A DNA stretch of 27,181 bases from Candidatus Pacearchaeota archaeon (GTDB lineage: Archaea; Nanobdellota; Nanobdellia; Pacearchaeales; GW2011-AR1), in the NCBI GenBank assembly GCA_018304175.1, contig JAGVWT010000013.1:1-27181 (forward strand), in the 5' to 3' direction. The position numbers and the translations under genes were made by a program. Below are positions 18,301 to 26,405 of the stretch, in pieces; the first letter of the stretch is position 1; every line of letters begins with the position of its first letter. Under the pieces are notes generated by a model. The model was not told the DNA's origin. It did no database searches and saw only the letters and a program-made list of their open reading frames with translations.

Positions 18301-18606
18301 TCATGAACTAGGATAAGCATAAGAAGGGGTTTTATCTAATTCTTCTATAAAAGCGTTGTACGCCTTTAATAATGAACCATTATATTCTCTATTTATGTAC
18401 ATGCATCTGTCAACGCCGAAAAGTACAAAAACGCTAACCATACAGCCAATTGCAATTTTTCTGAAATCATTATAATCTCTTATGTTCATTTCAACTGGAC
18501 GTACAGGTTTTTCTCCAGTAACTAGATGATTTAACATTTCAAAGTTACTTGCAGGAAGATAAACCTCAACTTTTTCTTCCAAATTTTCTCTATTATCCAC
18601 CATCAT
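18301..18606 (-). CDS. Hypothetical protein with one TM helix (orphan)
   Basis: 101-aa ORF with hydrophobic segment IAIGCMVSVFVLFGV; counter-oriented between two surface-protein genes. Confidence 0.6.
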   Translation of the reverse strand: MMVDNRENLEEKVEVYLPASNFEMLNHLVTGEKPVRPVEMNIRDYNDFRKIAIGCMVSVFVLFGVDRCMYINREYNGSLLKAYNAFIEELDKTPSYAYPSS

Positions 18607-18697
18607 TAATATACAAAAATTCTATTTTTAAGTATTTATCTTATTTGTTGCATGTTAATTAAATTAAACTTTTAAACTCTTTTTACCACGTTAATAT

Positions 18698-19996
18698 ATG
18701 AAAAGTGGTTTGATATTTTTTTTTGTTTTAGTTTTGGTTCCAGTAGTATTTGCAGCAGAAATAGAAATGCCTTCAGAGTTTAATCAAGGCGAGACCTTAA
18801 TTGCGAAAGTTACAGGAAATTTTTATGAGTCAATAACTGAAAATGATGTTGAATTTTATAGGGACCATGTAAGAACTTCAGTAATCTTAAATGTTGAGAA
18901 GATAGACAATGCCTTTTACATTTATGCGCAACTGCAAGGAAAAAACCCAGGAAATTACTCAATTTTAATAAAAGACGCAAAATATTTTCAGTCAGGAAGC
19001 ATTGTGGAATCTGATTTGACAAAAAATTTCTCGATAAATGAAAATACGGCAGATTTCAGTGTTGAACCGGGATTTGTAGTTGCTGATGAAGATTTCTCGC
19101 TTGAAGTCACAAATATTAAAGATTATGAAATAACAATAAATGTAAACATAAATAATGTTGAAGAGGAAAAAGGGTTTTTTGAAAGCTTTTTCAGCAGTGA
19201 CTCGTCTGATTCAGAGAATTCGGTTTCAGTATTTCCCGGAGAAAAAGAAAAAATCCTTTTTGATATAGTGGATTTTAACAAGCAGGAAATAAATACAGTT
19301 GAATTATCAAGTGAGAATACATCTTATGAAATCATTGTTTATTCTTTGTTCGAAGAAAATGGAGAAAGTTTATCTATTTCTGGAAACGAAACAAATTTCA
19401 GATTTGAACCATCAGTATTAAATGTTTCAATGTCGACGAATTCAAATACAGAAAGGATTGTTTACATCACAAACCTCGGCGACGAAATTACAAATGTTTC
19501 TTTGGATATATCCGATTCTCTGAAACCATATTTGTCTCTTTCCAAAAACAAAATAGAAAGAATAGAAAAAAACTCTTCAGTAAGGATTGATATCGGAATT
19601 GTCTCTGGAAAGGAAGATGGTTTAGTTGAAGGAAAAATATCTGTGTTTGCAAACAACACCTACGATTATTTAGTAATTCGCTTGAATCTTATACGGGATT
19701 ACGTTCCTATTAATGGAGAAGGTGAAGAAATTGAGGCAGTTATTGAGAAATGCTCTGAAATAAATGGTGTTATTTGTTCTTCAGGAATGAAATGTTCTGG
19801 CGACGTGAAATATGCTTCCGACGGAATTTGTTGTATTGGAGTTTGCGAGGAAATTCAAGAAGGAAGTTCAACAAACCAAATAATCGGCTGGACAATTCTA
19901 ATAATTATTATATTGGCGGTTTTGTGGTTTTATTTAAGAAAATATAAGAAAGTCAAAAGCGTCCCGGATTTTGGGAAGTTTGTTGAAAGGAGATAA
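18698..19996 (+). CDS. Type I membrane surface protein with Ig-like domains and a membrane-proximal six-Cys module
   Basis: Signal peptide, beta-rich repeats, CSEINGVICSSGMKCSGDVKYASDGICCIGVC, C-terminal TM helix plus basic cluster. Confidence 0.75.
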   Translation: MKSGLIFFFVLVLVPVVFAAEIEMPSEFNQGETLIAKVTGNFYESITENDVEFYRDHVRTSVILNVEKIDNAFYIYAQLQGKNPGNYSILIKDAKYFQSGSIVESDLTKNFSINENTADFSVEPGFVVADEDFSLEVTNIKDYEITINVNINNVEEEKGFFESFFSSDSSDSENSVSVFPGEKEKILFDIVDFNKQEINTVELSSENTSYEIIVYSLFEENGESLSISGNETNFRFEPSVLNVSMSTNSNTERIVYITNLGDEITNVSLDISDSLKPYLSLSKNKIERIEKNSSVRIDIGIVSGKEDGLVEGKISVFANNTYDYLVIRLNLIRDYVPINGEGEEIEAVIEKCSEINGVICSSGMKCSGDVKYASDGICCIGVCEEIQEGSSTNQIIGWTILIIIILAVLWFYLRKYKKVKSVPDFGKFVERR

Positions 19997-20494
19997 CTAT
20001 TTCTTCTTAATGTGTTTCTTTGGCTTTGAAGAAGTTTTCACTTCTTCAGGAATTGGCATTTTTTCACCCAAAACTTCCCTTAGCTTGTTTTCAAGAATTA
20101 TTTTTTCAGTCTGCAAAATCCTAGCGATTTCATCATATCCATGAAGTCTCCTAGTTATTTCATTTAGTATATCATTAAAGTCGTTGTTTGTTGTGGAGAT
20201 TTTTTCAGGCTGTATTATATCTATATGGGCCGGCATATATTTGAATGTTAACATAACCAAATAAAGAATTTCATCAACACTAACTTCTATTTCGGCGAAG
20301 CTTGTGAAAAAACCCTCATGCTCTTTCATTTCTACGGGATTGTTTACCTTTTTATTCACAATTTTAACTCCTTTTTCTTCGCTGATTTTTTTTGTGATGT
20401 CCTGAAGTGTTTCCTTTAAGTGCTCTGCTGGTTTGCCTATAACTTCAATTATTAAAATGGCATTTACTTTATTTATGTTTTCAGACGATTTCAT
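19997..20494 (-). CDS. Conserved archaeal hypothetical protein
   Basis: 165 aa; IIEVIGKPAEH..F.SFAEIEV..YMPAHIDIIQPE pattern seen in archaeal conserved hypotheticals; function not recognised. Confidence 0.7.
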   Translation of the reverse strand: MKSSENINKVNAILIIEVIGKPAEHLKETLQDITKKISEEKGVKIVNKKVNNPVEMKEHEGFFTSFAEIEVSVDEILYLVMLTFKYMPAHIDIIQPEKISTTNNDFNDILNEITRRLHGYDEIARILQTEKIILENKLREVLGEKMPIPEEVKTSSKPKKHIKKK

Positions 20495-21059
20495 TTTTTA
20501 TTTTGTTTCTTCTTAAAACAAACAGCAACACGATGAAAACACAGAATGCTATGAATCCATACATTGCATATTTATTTATATCAGAAATATTATCATTATC
20601 GTCTTTTATACCTTTTGAATCAGTATTTTCTGAAGGTTCATTGAGGAATATTGTTGGCGCAATGATGTTTGCTTGTTTTGATTCAAGATTATCTGTTTGT
20701 TCTTCATTTACCACATTACCACTTATACTATTAGATTTTTCTTCCTCAACATTACTCTCATCGTTTTTTTTAGTATCTTCTTTTTCTTCATTTTCAACAC
20801 ATACAAGCCCCTGTGATTTTATATCATCCAGCTTTACTTCACCTATTCCACTTACATCTATCAAGTCATCTACAGAACCAAATGGCCTCGCGGCAATTAT
20901 CTTTTCAGCTGTAGCAGGGCCAACCCATGTTATTTTATCCAAATCCTCCAAAGGAGCGCTGTTTATGTCAATTTGTCCTTCATCACAAACTGCCTGAATT
21001 GATTGTATACCAAATAAAAAAACCAAAAAAGTCAACAGAAAACATAACTTCTGCTTCAT
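20481..21059 (-). CDS. ComEA-like helix-hairpin-helix surface protein with C-terminal TM anchor
   Basis: Signal peptide; IDINSAPLEDLDKITWVGPATAEKII..RPFGSVDDLIDVSGIGEVKL tandem HhH; acidic linker; TM helix plus RRNK. Confidence 0.85.
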   Translation of the reverse strand: MKQKLCFLLTFLVFLFGIQSIQAVCDEGQIDINSAPLEDLDKITWVGPATAEKIIAARPFGSVDDLIDVSGIGEVKLDDIKSQGLVCVENEEKEDTKKNDESNVEEEKSNSISGNVVNEEQTDNLESKQANIIAPTIFLNEPSENTDSKGIKDDNDNISDINKYAMYGFIAFCVFIVLLFVLRRNKIKNEIV

Positions 21060-21083
21060 AAATTTATCAGCAAATAACTAATT

Positions 21084-21632
21084 TTAAGCTTTGTTGTACT
21101 TTTGACCATATTTCTCTGAAAAGTTATCATATCCAACTTCTATTTTTTTTCCATTTTTAAAAGCTTTCGCAATCCAAATTTCAGAGAAAATTTCATTTTT
21201 TAGATACCATGCACATTTCTCTTTTTCTGTTTTTGAAAGAATCCCGTTAGTTTTAACTTCTACTCCTATAACACTATATAACCCGTCGTGAATATGTTTA
21301 ATTGAAATAAAATCAGGGAATCCTGTACCAATTGTCATAACCTTGAAAAAAGGATTATAATTTCGTTTCGCAGGAAACATCTCCTCTTTTTCTAAGTCAA
21401 CATTATTGCTCCATTTATCGACGATTCTACCTTTACTTTCCAAATCTTTTCTAACTCTTAATTCAAATTTTGCTCCCTTTGCCCTTGACTTCTTGCCCCT
21501 TTTAATCTCTGTTTTTTTCTTTTGCTTATATGGAATTCCTGCATCATCCCATGAAATCTCATATTCTTCACTTCCGGCTTTTCTAAGCATCTCCATAATT
21601 TTCTCTTTATTTTCTTTTTTTATTCTTTCCAT
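21084..21632 (-). CDS. PD-(D/E)xK nuclease, Holliday junction resolvase (Hjc)-like
   Basis: KGAKFELRVRKDLESKG N-terminal helix, GFPDF and GVEVK catalytic motifs. Confidence 0.7.
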   Translation of the reverse strand: MERIKKENKEKIMEMLRKAGSEEYEISWDDAGIPYKQKKKTEIKRGKKSRAKGAKFELRVRKDLESKGRIVDKWSNNVDLEKEEMFPAKRNYNPFFKVMTIGTGFPDFISIKHIHDGLYSVIGVEVKTNGILSKTEKEKCAWYLKNEIFSEIWIAKAFKNGKKIEVGYDNFSEKYGQKYNKA

Positions 21633-21668
21633 ATAAAGAAAAAACCAGAAAGAGTTTTTATATTTTTA

Positions 21669-21854
21669 TTACAAATCTCGTGCCTGTAAAGTCCTTCGTC
21701 CGTTTGCTTTAGCACGTTTTATCGCTTCGTCAAGAATTTCTTCTACTTTTTTATCTAGTGCAACCCCAACTTCTTCAGCAACACTTGTAACAGCATTTTC
21801 CTTGTCTAATTCACGCACCACTTTTTTTATGTTGGATTTTATGACAAGAGCCAT
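21669..21854 (-). CDS. Single histone-fold protein (61 aa, truncated alpha3)
   Basis: VIKSNIKKVV...VAEEVGVALDKKVEEILDEAIKRAKANGRRTLQARDL contains the histone RxTxxxxD L2 motif. Confidence 0.85.
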   Translation of the reverse strand: MALVIKSNIKKVVRELDKENAVTSVAEEVGVALDKKVEEILDEAIKRAKANGRRTLQARDL

Positions 21855-21858
21855 ACTT

Positions 21859-22707
21859 TTAATTATCTAAAGGACTTTTTATATTTATCAATTTTTCCGG
21901 GTTTGAGTGAACATAAATCATTGAAGTTTCAGGAGATTTATGTCCCAAAACAGATTGGACTTCATTAAGGCTGTTTCCTGATTCAATTAAATGAGTTGCA
22001 AAGCTATGTCTTAATGTATGCGGGTGAACTTCTTTCCATTCTTTAAGTTTTGCTTTTTTTGAGGCATTTCTAACTATTTTTTGAATACTCCTAACAGAAT
22101 ATTTTCTTTTTCTGTTACTCATAAAAATTAAATCATCTTCTTTTAAATTTCCAATTTTGATTAGATTTTTTATTTTTTCTTTAACGACAAAAGGAATTAA
22201 GATGATTCTGTCTTTTCCTCCCTTACCATTTCTTATAAATCCAAAATTTTTTTCAAGGTTTAAATCCTTAATTTTAATATTTAGTAGTTCGGAAACTCTT
22301 AAACCAGAACCATATAGGAATTCAATCATTAACCTATGTTTCCAGTTTGAAATTGCATTTAATAATTTCCTGACTTCTTCTTTTGTCAGAAACCTCTGGA
22401 TTCTCTCAGGAATTTTTGAGTATTTTATATCAATCCACATTCTCTTTTCCAAAACCTGTGTAAATAGAAATCTTAAAGCCATATGGTAAATATTAAGGGA
22501 ATTTCCAGACAGGTTTTTTTCTGATAAATAATTGAGAAACTCCCGGACATCTTTTTTGCTGATTTTTCCCAAGTCCTTTTTACTCCAGTTTAAAAATCTG
22601 TTAATACAGTAAAGATATGTCTTTACTGTTCTGTTTGATAATCTTCTCCTTTTACATTCTTTCCTCACAGCAGAATCAATACCAAGAGGAATATAAGCCA
22701 TTATCAT
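21859..22707 (-). CDS. Tyrosine recombinase, XerA/integron-integrase-like (no IntI-specific insertion)
   Basis: Complete catalytic set R (GLRVSE), K (GKGGKDR), HxxR (HTLRH), H (LGH), Y (SMIY); IntI-like N-terminal SAM domain (SNRTVKTYLYCINRF); C-terminal KSPLD. Confidence 0.93.
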   Translation of the reverse strand: MIMAYIPLGIDSAVRKECKRRRLSNRTVKTYLYCINRFLNWSKKDLGKISKKDVREFLNYLSEKNLSGNSLNIYHMALRFLFTQVLEKRMWIDIKYSKIPERIQRFLTKEEVRKLLNAISNWKHRLMIEFLYGSGLRVSELLNIKIKDLNLEKNFGFIRNGKGGKDRIILIPFVVKEKIKNLIKIGNLKEDDLIFMSNRKRKYSVRSIQKIVRNASKKAKLKEWKEVHPHTLRHSFATHLIESGNSLNEVQSVLGHKSPETSMIYVHSNPEKLINIKSPLDN

Positions 22708-22774
22708 TAAAATAAAAACAGCATTAAAAATCTAAGTTTTAATTTCGTAATAGAAACAAAATTTTCAAAGGCAT

Positions 22775-22798
22775 TGTTAAAATTCAGGACTTTTAACA
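22775..22798. promoter_or_regulatory. Perfect inverted repeat between integrase start and proximal site (candidate accessory binding site or operator)
   Basis: TGTTAAAA-ttcaggac-TTTTAACA. CAGGACTTTTAAC (22785-22797) is also a near inverted copy of GTTAAAAGCCTG in the proximal site. Confidence 0.45.
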
Positions 22799-22821
22799 CT
22801 TAATAAATTAAAATTTAGCAA

Positions 22822-22849
22822 AGTTCGTTAAAAGCCTGTTAGTAGAAAT
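22822..22849 (+). repeat. Proximal attI-like site (site C)
   Basis: AGTTCGTTAAA-AGCCTG-TTAGTAGAAAT. It has a cassette-type right arm but lacks the TCGGR left arm and hairpin body, contains G|TT at the inferred crossover, and lies 115 bp from the integrase start. Confidence 0.7.
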
Positions 22850-22915
22850 TTTTGCTACGCAAAAACTCTTCGCTCGATTAATTTTAGTTATACCATCCCC
22901 CGCCCGAAGGCATGC

Positions 22916-23395
22916 CTACTTAGAAAGAATTAGCCCACCACAATAATTTTGTCTGAAAACTTCCTTTCCTTGATAAAGAATTTGTTCTGTTCCTTTAAAA
23001 TCTTTAATATCTCCATCGCTCGAATCTTTATATTCCCATTCTCCCTCATGGAAGTTTTCAGGACCTCTAAATGGTCTCGTTACTTCAACCAATTTTAATG
23101 CTTTTTTGAGAAATGTAAATGTCTGTTTGGCAAAATCTCTATTTCCTATATTTTCCTGCGTCATTCCGCCACTATATGCCATTGCCCAAATTGGCTGACC
23201 TTGGAATCTTACATATTCTTGTCCCGGCGCCATAAAATATCCGACATAGCTGTCCCTATATTCCCAAGGTCCTTCTATAAATTCTAATTCTTTAAAGCCC
23301 GGTCTCTGTGGCAGAATTTCTTTTCCATCTCCTGCCCACGCTTCAGATTTTGCCTTTATCAAAAATCTGGCTAATTCTTCAAGGTTAACTTCCAT
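22916..23395 (-). CDS. Cassette 0 cargo: DUF5680-like protein
   Basis: FLIKAK...YRDSYVG...GQE.V..QGQPIWAMAYSGG...RPFRGP...GEWEY pattern; own TATA 22 nt upstream. Confidence 0.8.
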   Translation of the reverse strand: MEVNLEELARFLIKAKSEAWAGDGKEILPQRPGFKELEFIEGPWEYRDSYVGYFMAPGQEYVRFQGQPIWAMAYSGGMTQENIGNRDFAKQTFTFLKKALKLVEVTRPFRGPENFHEGEWEYKDSSDGDIKDFKGTEQILYQGKEVFRQNYCGGLILSK

Positions 23396-23510
23396 AAATT
23401 TAGTATAAAGTATTAGTTTAATAAGTTATCGGCATGCCTTCCCCCACCCTTAAAAATTGCTAAAATTAATCTCGCTCGCCTCGTTGCACTCTCAAAATCC
23501 TTCGGATTTT

Positions 23511-23541
23511 TCGGGTCTACTAACAGACATTAGTTTCAATT
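23511..23541 (+). repeat. Cassette junction D
   Basis: TC-GGGTCTACTAA-CAGACA-TTAGTTTCAAT-T. Confidence 0.85.
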
Positions 23542-23696
23542 CTGGGTTTACCTTACAGGTACGCTTCGCTACCGAAAATTCTAATGTTCTTATCTTCGTT
23601 AAAATCATAAAGAAAAAACTCACAAAATTACTTCATAACTTACCTAACAAAATTTTAACGAAATTGTTGAAAAATAAAAAATATAGAACGAAAGAT

Positions 23697-23966
23697 TTAT
23701 TCTTTTAGTTTCTTTTCCAACTCTCCAGAATTGTCTTGATTTTTTAGAATGTCCAACTTTTCATTAAAATATGCTCTTGCATATCTTACTCCATCTGCTA
23801 AAACTCCTGCGGTTAGCAATGAACCTCCACCAATCGCATATGTTTCAGTGTTGTCCATTCCAAACATATTTAGCATATAAGATGCTCCAATCAATCCAAT
23901 TCCAATTCCTTTCGCTACTGATTCGAGTGGAAAACCTTTGTATTCTGGTAAATGATTTTTTGTCAT
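23697..23966 (-). CDS. Cassette 1 cargo: small two-TM hypothetical protein
   Basis: 89 aa with Gly-rich hydrophobic helices; TATA (TTTATAAA) 23 nt upstream. Confidence 0.65.
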   Translation of the reverse strand: MTKNHLPEYKGFPLESVAKGIGIGLIGASYMLNMFGMDNTETYAIGGGSLLTAGVLADGVRYARAYFNEKLDILKNQDNSGELEKKLKE

Positions 23967-24134
23967 ACAATAAAGAATAAATCAATACTTTATAAATCTT
24001 TCGTTTATTTTACCACTTGAAAGTTAATAACTTATTTTTCAACAACTACGATAACAACGAATTTTCGGCAAACCCAGAACTCGAGATTTTTCGGCTTCGC
24101 CGAATGTTGCACTAAAATCTCGTCCTCATTTCAT

Positions 24135-24165
24135 TCGGAGAAACTAACAGCGATTAAGTGAAATT
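24135..24165 (+). repeat. Cassette junction E
   Basis: TC-GGAGAAACTAA-CAGCGA-TTAAGTGAAAT-T. Confidence 0.85.
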
Positions 24166-24205
24166 CACTCCGCCGCCGCAAACATTATAAAGTTGTTCAA
24201 TTTAA

Positions 24206-24748
24206 ATGATAATTATGGCAAACATTCCTGAATGGCAATATCCCTTATACAAAGAACCCGATAAAGTTGCCTACGCAATTTTAGAAAAAATAGGAAAATC
24301 AAAATTATATCCTAAACTTGTCGGCTCAAAAGAGGAAATAAATGATTTTCTAAAATTGCTTGTTGTCAGCCAGAAGATGAAATATTATCGTAAGTTTCGG
24401 GATATTGCCTTGAATGAGTTCAAGAAAAAAGAGGCAAACATTCCAAAAATCTTGGACGAAAGCAAAAATCTTGAAATTCCAAGAGGCATTGATGAATCTT
24501 GGGCAATTTTTATTCAGGATAAAAGACTCTGCAAGTTAATGGATAAATTTCAAGATGCCAAGATTCAATTCATCGGAAATGATGATGAAGTTTCTGAATT
24601 CTTTGTTAGATTTTTGCTTTCTCAACTGCTACAAGATTGGAGAGGCCCTTTAATGGCTGTTCTTTTGGAATGTTTGCAGGATAAAAAAGTAAAGATTGCT
24701 AAATTGAACAACTTATTGAAGATTTGGGATTATACTAAAGTATTCTAG
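24206..24748 (+). CDS. Cassette 2 cargo: hypothetical helical protein with internal duplication
   Basis: 180-aa ORF filling the cassette; LVGSKEEINDFLKLLVVSQ vs FIGNDDEVSEFFVRFLLSQ. Confidence 0.75.
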   Translation: MIIMANIPEWQYPLYKEPDKVAYAILEKIGKSKLYPKLVGSKEEINDFLKLLVVSQKMKYYRKFRDIALNEFKKKEANIPKILDESKNLEIPRGIDESWAIFIQDKRLCKLMDKFQDAKIQFIGNDDEVSEFFVRFLLSQLLQDWRGPLMAVLLECLQDKKVKIAKLNNLLKIWDYTKVF

Positions 24749-24817
24749 GCGGCGGCTCCGTGAACTTGCTCCGCTTCGCTCCGCACCCCGCTGCGCTCTC
24801 ACTCCATTTCATTCCGT

Positions 24818-24848
24818 TCGGGTCACTTAACAGGGCTTATCTGTAATT
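24818..24848 (+). repeat. Cassette junction F
   Basis: TC-GGGTCACTTAA-CAGGGC-TTATCTGTAAT-T. Confidence 0.85.
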
Positions 24849-24906
24849 CACTTTTTGGCTCAAAGCAACGATAACTTTATTAAGAAAATAATATGTTCCT
24901 AACAGT

Positions 24907-25632
24907 ATGGATGTTTCAAATTATAAAGACTCGGAATTTTTAGAAAAATACAAGAAGGCGCCCCTACTTCATCCTTTTGTTGTTTTTCCTGCTTTGCACA
25001 AAGCTCTTGGTGATGTGAAAAACAAAAAGGTATTGGATTTAGGTTGTGGCTCTGGCGATTTTTCACATTCTCTTGTTGAGAGAGGGGCAAATGTTATTGG
25101 TGTTGATGTCTCTGAAAAATGGATTGACATTTGCAAAAAAGAATATGCTAATGTGAAAAATCTTGGATTTTTTGTTGCTGATGGTTCTAATCTCAAACAA
25201 CTCGCTGATGATACTTTTGACTTTGTTGTTATGAATATGGTTTTGCTGAATGTTCCAACATTGGACAAAGTCAAAAAAATATTTCAAGAAGTTTCAAGAG
25301 TCCTTAAAAAATCCGGTCAGTTGATATTTACAGATTTACATCCTCTTGCTTTAATGATTGAAAAAACTTTGTGTGAATCCCAAACTTATCTTCCCGGATT
25401 TTCTTATTTTAAAGATGGCTCTAAATTCAAATCAAAAGTTAAACTTACAGATGGCTCTGAAATTGAATTTGGAGATATTCATTGGACTCTTGAAACTTAC
25501 ACTCGTTGTTTGAGTGATTCAAAAATGTGCATCATCAGAATTATTGAGCCACAACCTATTAACGAGGCGCCTTCTTTCTTGAAAGATTATAAAATTCCGG
25601 AACATATTATTCTAGTATGTAATAAACATTAG
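24907..25632 (+). CDS. Cassette 3 cargo: class I SAM-dependent methyltransferase
   Basis: VLDLGCGSG motif I, VIGVDVS, FDFVVMNMVL, LKKSGQLIFTDLHP. Confidence 0.92.
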   Translation: MDVSNYKDSEFLEKYKKAPLLHPFVVFPALHKALGDVKNKKVLDLGCGSGDFSHSLVERGANVIGVDVSEKWIDICKKEYANVKNLGFFVADGSNLKQLADDTFDFVVMNMVLLNVPTLDKVKKIFQEVSRVLKKSGQLIFTDLHPLALMIEKTLCESQTYLPGFSYFKDGSKFKSKVKLTDGSEIEFGDIHWTLETYTRCLSDSKMCIIRIIEPQPINEAPSFLKDYKIPEHIILVCNKH

Positions 25633-25697
25633 GTCGCCAAAAAGTGAACTTGCTCCGCTTCGCTACGCACCCCGCTGCACTCTCCTCCTTTCAGTCG

Positions 25698-25728
25698 TCG
25701 GGACAGATAACAAGGGTTATATTCAATT
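25698..25728 (+). repeat. Cassette junction G
   Basis: TC-GGGACAGATAA-CAAGGG-TTATATTCAAT-T. Confidence 0.85.
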
Positions 25729-25796
25729 TTGTATTTGAGAACAAAGAAAGAGTCCCTTTAGAAACTTTTATAATATTCTTAATTTCATCTATTTAT

Positions 25797-26237
25797 ATGA
25801 CAGAAAAATATCAAAAAATCACTGTTGGAGGATTGCTTGTAAAAAATAATAAAGTTCTTGTTGTTAGAAGATCTTCTGCTGAACCCTACTTAACAGGATA
25901 TTACGAATTACCTGGAGGAAAAGTTGACTTTGGAGATCATCCAAAAGAAAGTCTTGAAAGAGAGTTTATGGAAGAAGTAAATCTCAAAGTCATAGCGTTA
26001 CATCCATATCGAGTATTCACTTACATTTCTGATAAAGGAAATCGTCATACTGTTGAATTAGTATATTTTGTTGAATTAGATGACGATACTAAAAATATTA
26101 AATTAAGTGAAGAACATGACGATTTCAAATGGATTTCAGCAGAAGAAGTCGATGATTTACAAATTAGTGATGAAATTAAAATGAACATTAAAGTTGGTTT
26201 CAAAGAAATTGAAGACTGGGCTCTTTCTAAAAAATAG
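25797..26237 (+). CDS. Cassette 4 cargo: NUDIX hydrolase (MutT-like); true start ATG 25797, not 25644
   Basis: Nudix box GGKVDFGDHPKESLEREFMEEVNL; LSEEHDDFKW; TATA TTTTATAA 24 nt upstream of ATG 25797. Confidence 0.93.
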   Translation: MTEKYQKITVGGLLVKNNKVLVVRRSSAEPYLTGYYELPGGKVDFGDHPKESLEREFMEEVNLKVIALHPYRVFTYISDKGNRHTVELVYFVELDDDTKNIKLSEEHDDFKWISAEEVDDLQISDEIKMNIKVGFKEIEDWALSKK

Positions 26238-26322
26238 ACTCCCTTCGGTCGAGATTAATAATAGTTCTCAAATACAAAACTCTGAAATTTCCCTTCGGAA
26301 CGTTGCACTAAATTTCAGCCCT

Positions 26323-26353
26323 TCGGAGAATATAACAGGAATTATACGAAATT
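26323..26353 (+). repeat. Cassette junction H
   Basis: TC-GGAGAATATAA-CAGGAA-TTATACGAAAT-T. Confidence 0.85.
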
Positions 26354-26405
26354 GAAAGTCAGCCCTACCAAAATGTTTTTAATATCTAACTGAAATCAAA
26401 TAACT

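Noticed and set aside
21600-22900. tRNA target site for the integrase (prophage or island)
   Set aside because: No tRNA-like sequence (no T-loop GTTCRA/anticodon fold) and no phage or plasmid genes are visible in the window.
23457-23708. 83-aa plus-strand ORF
   Set aside because: It reads through junction D and hairpin/AT-rich non-coding DNA; no promoter or family signal.
25644-25796. N-terminal extension of the NUDIX ORF (GTG at 25644)
   Set aside because: It spans junction G; the TATA position supports ATG 25797.
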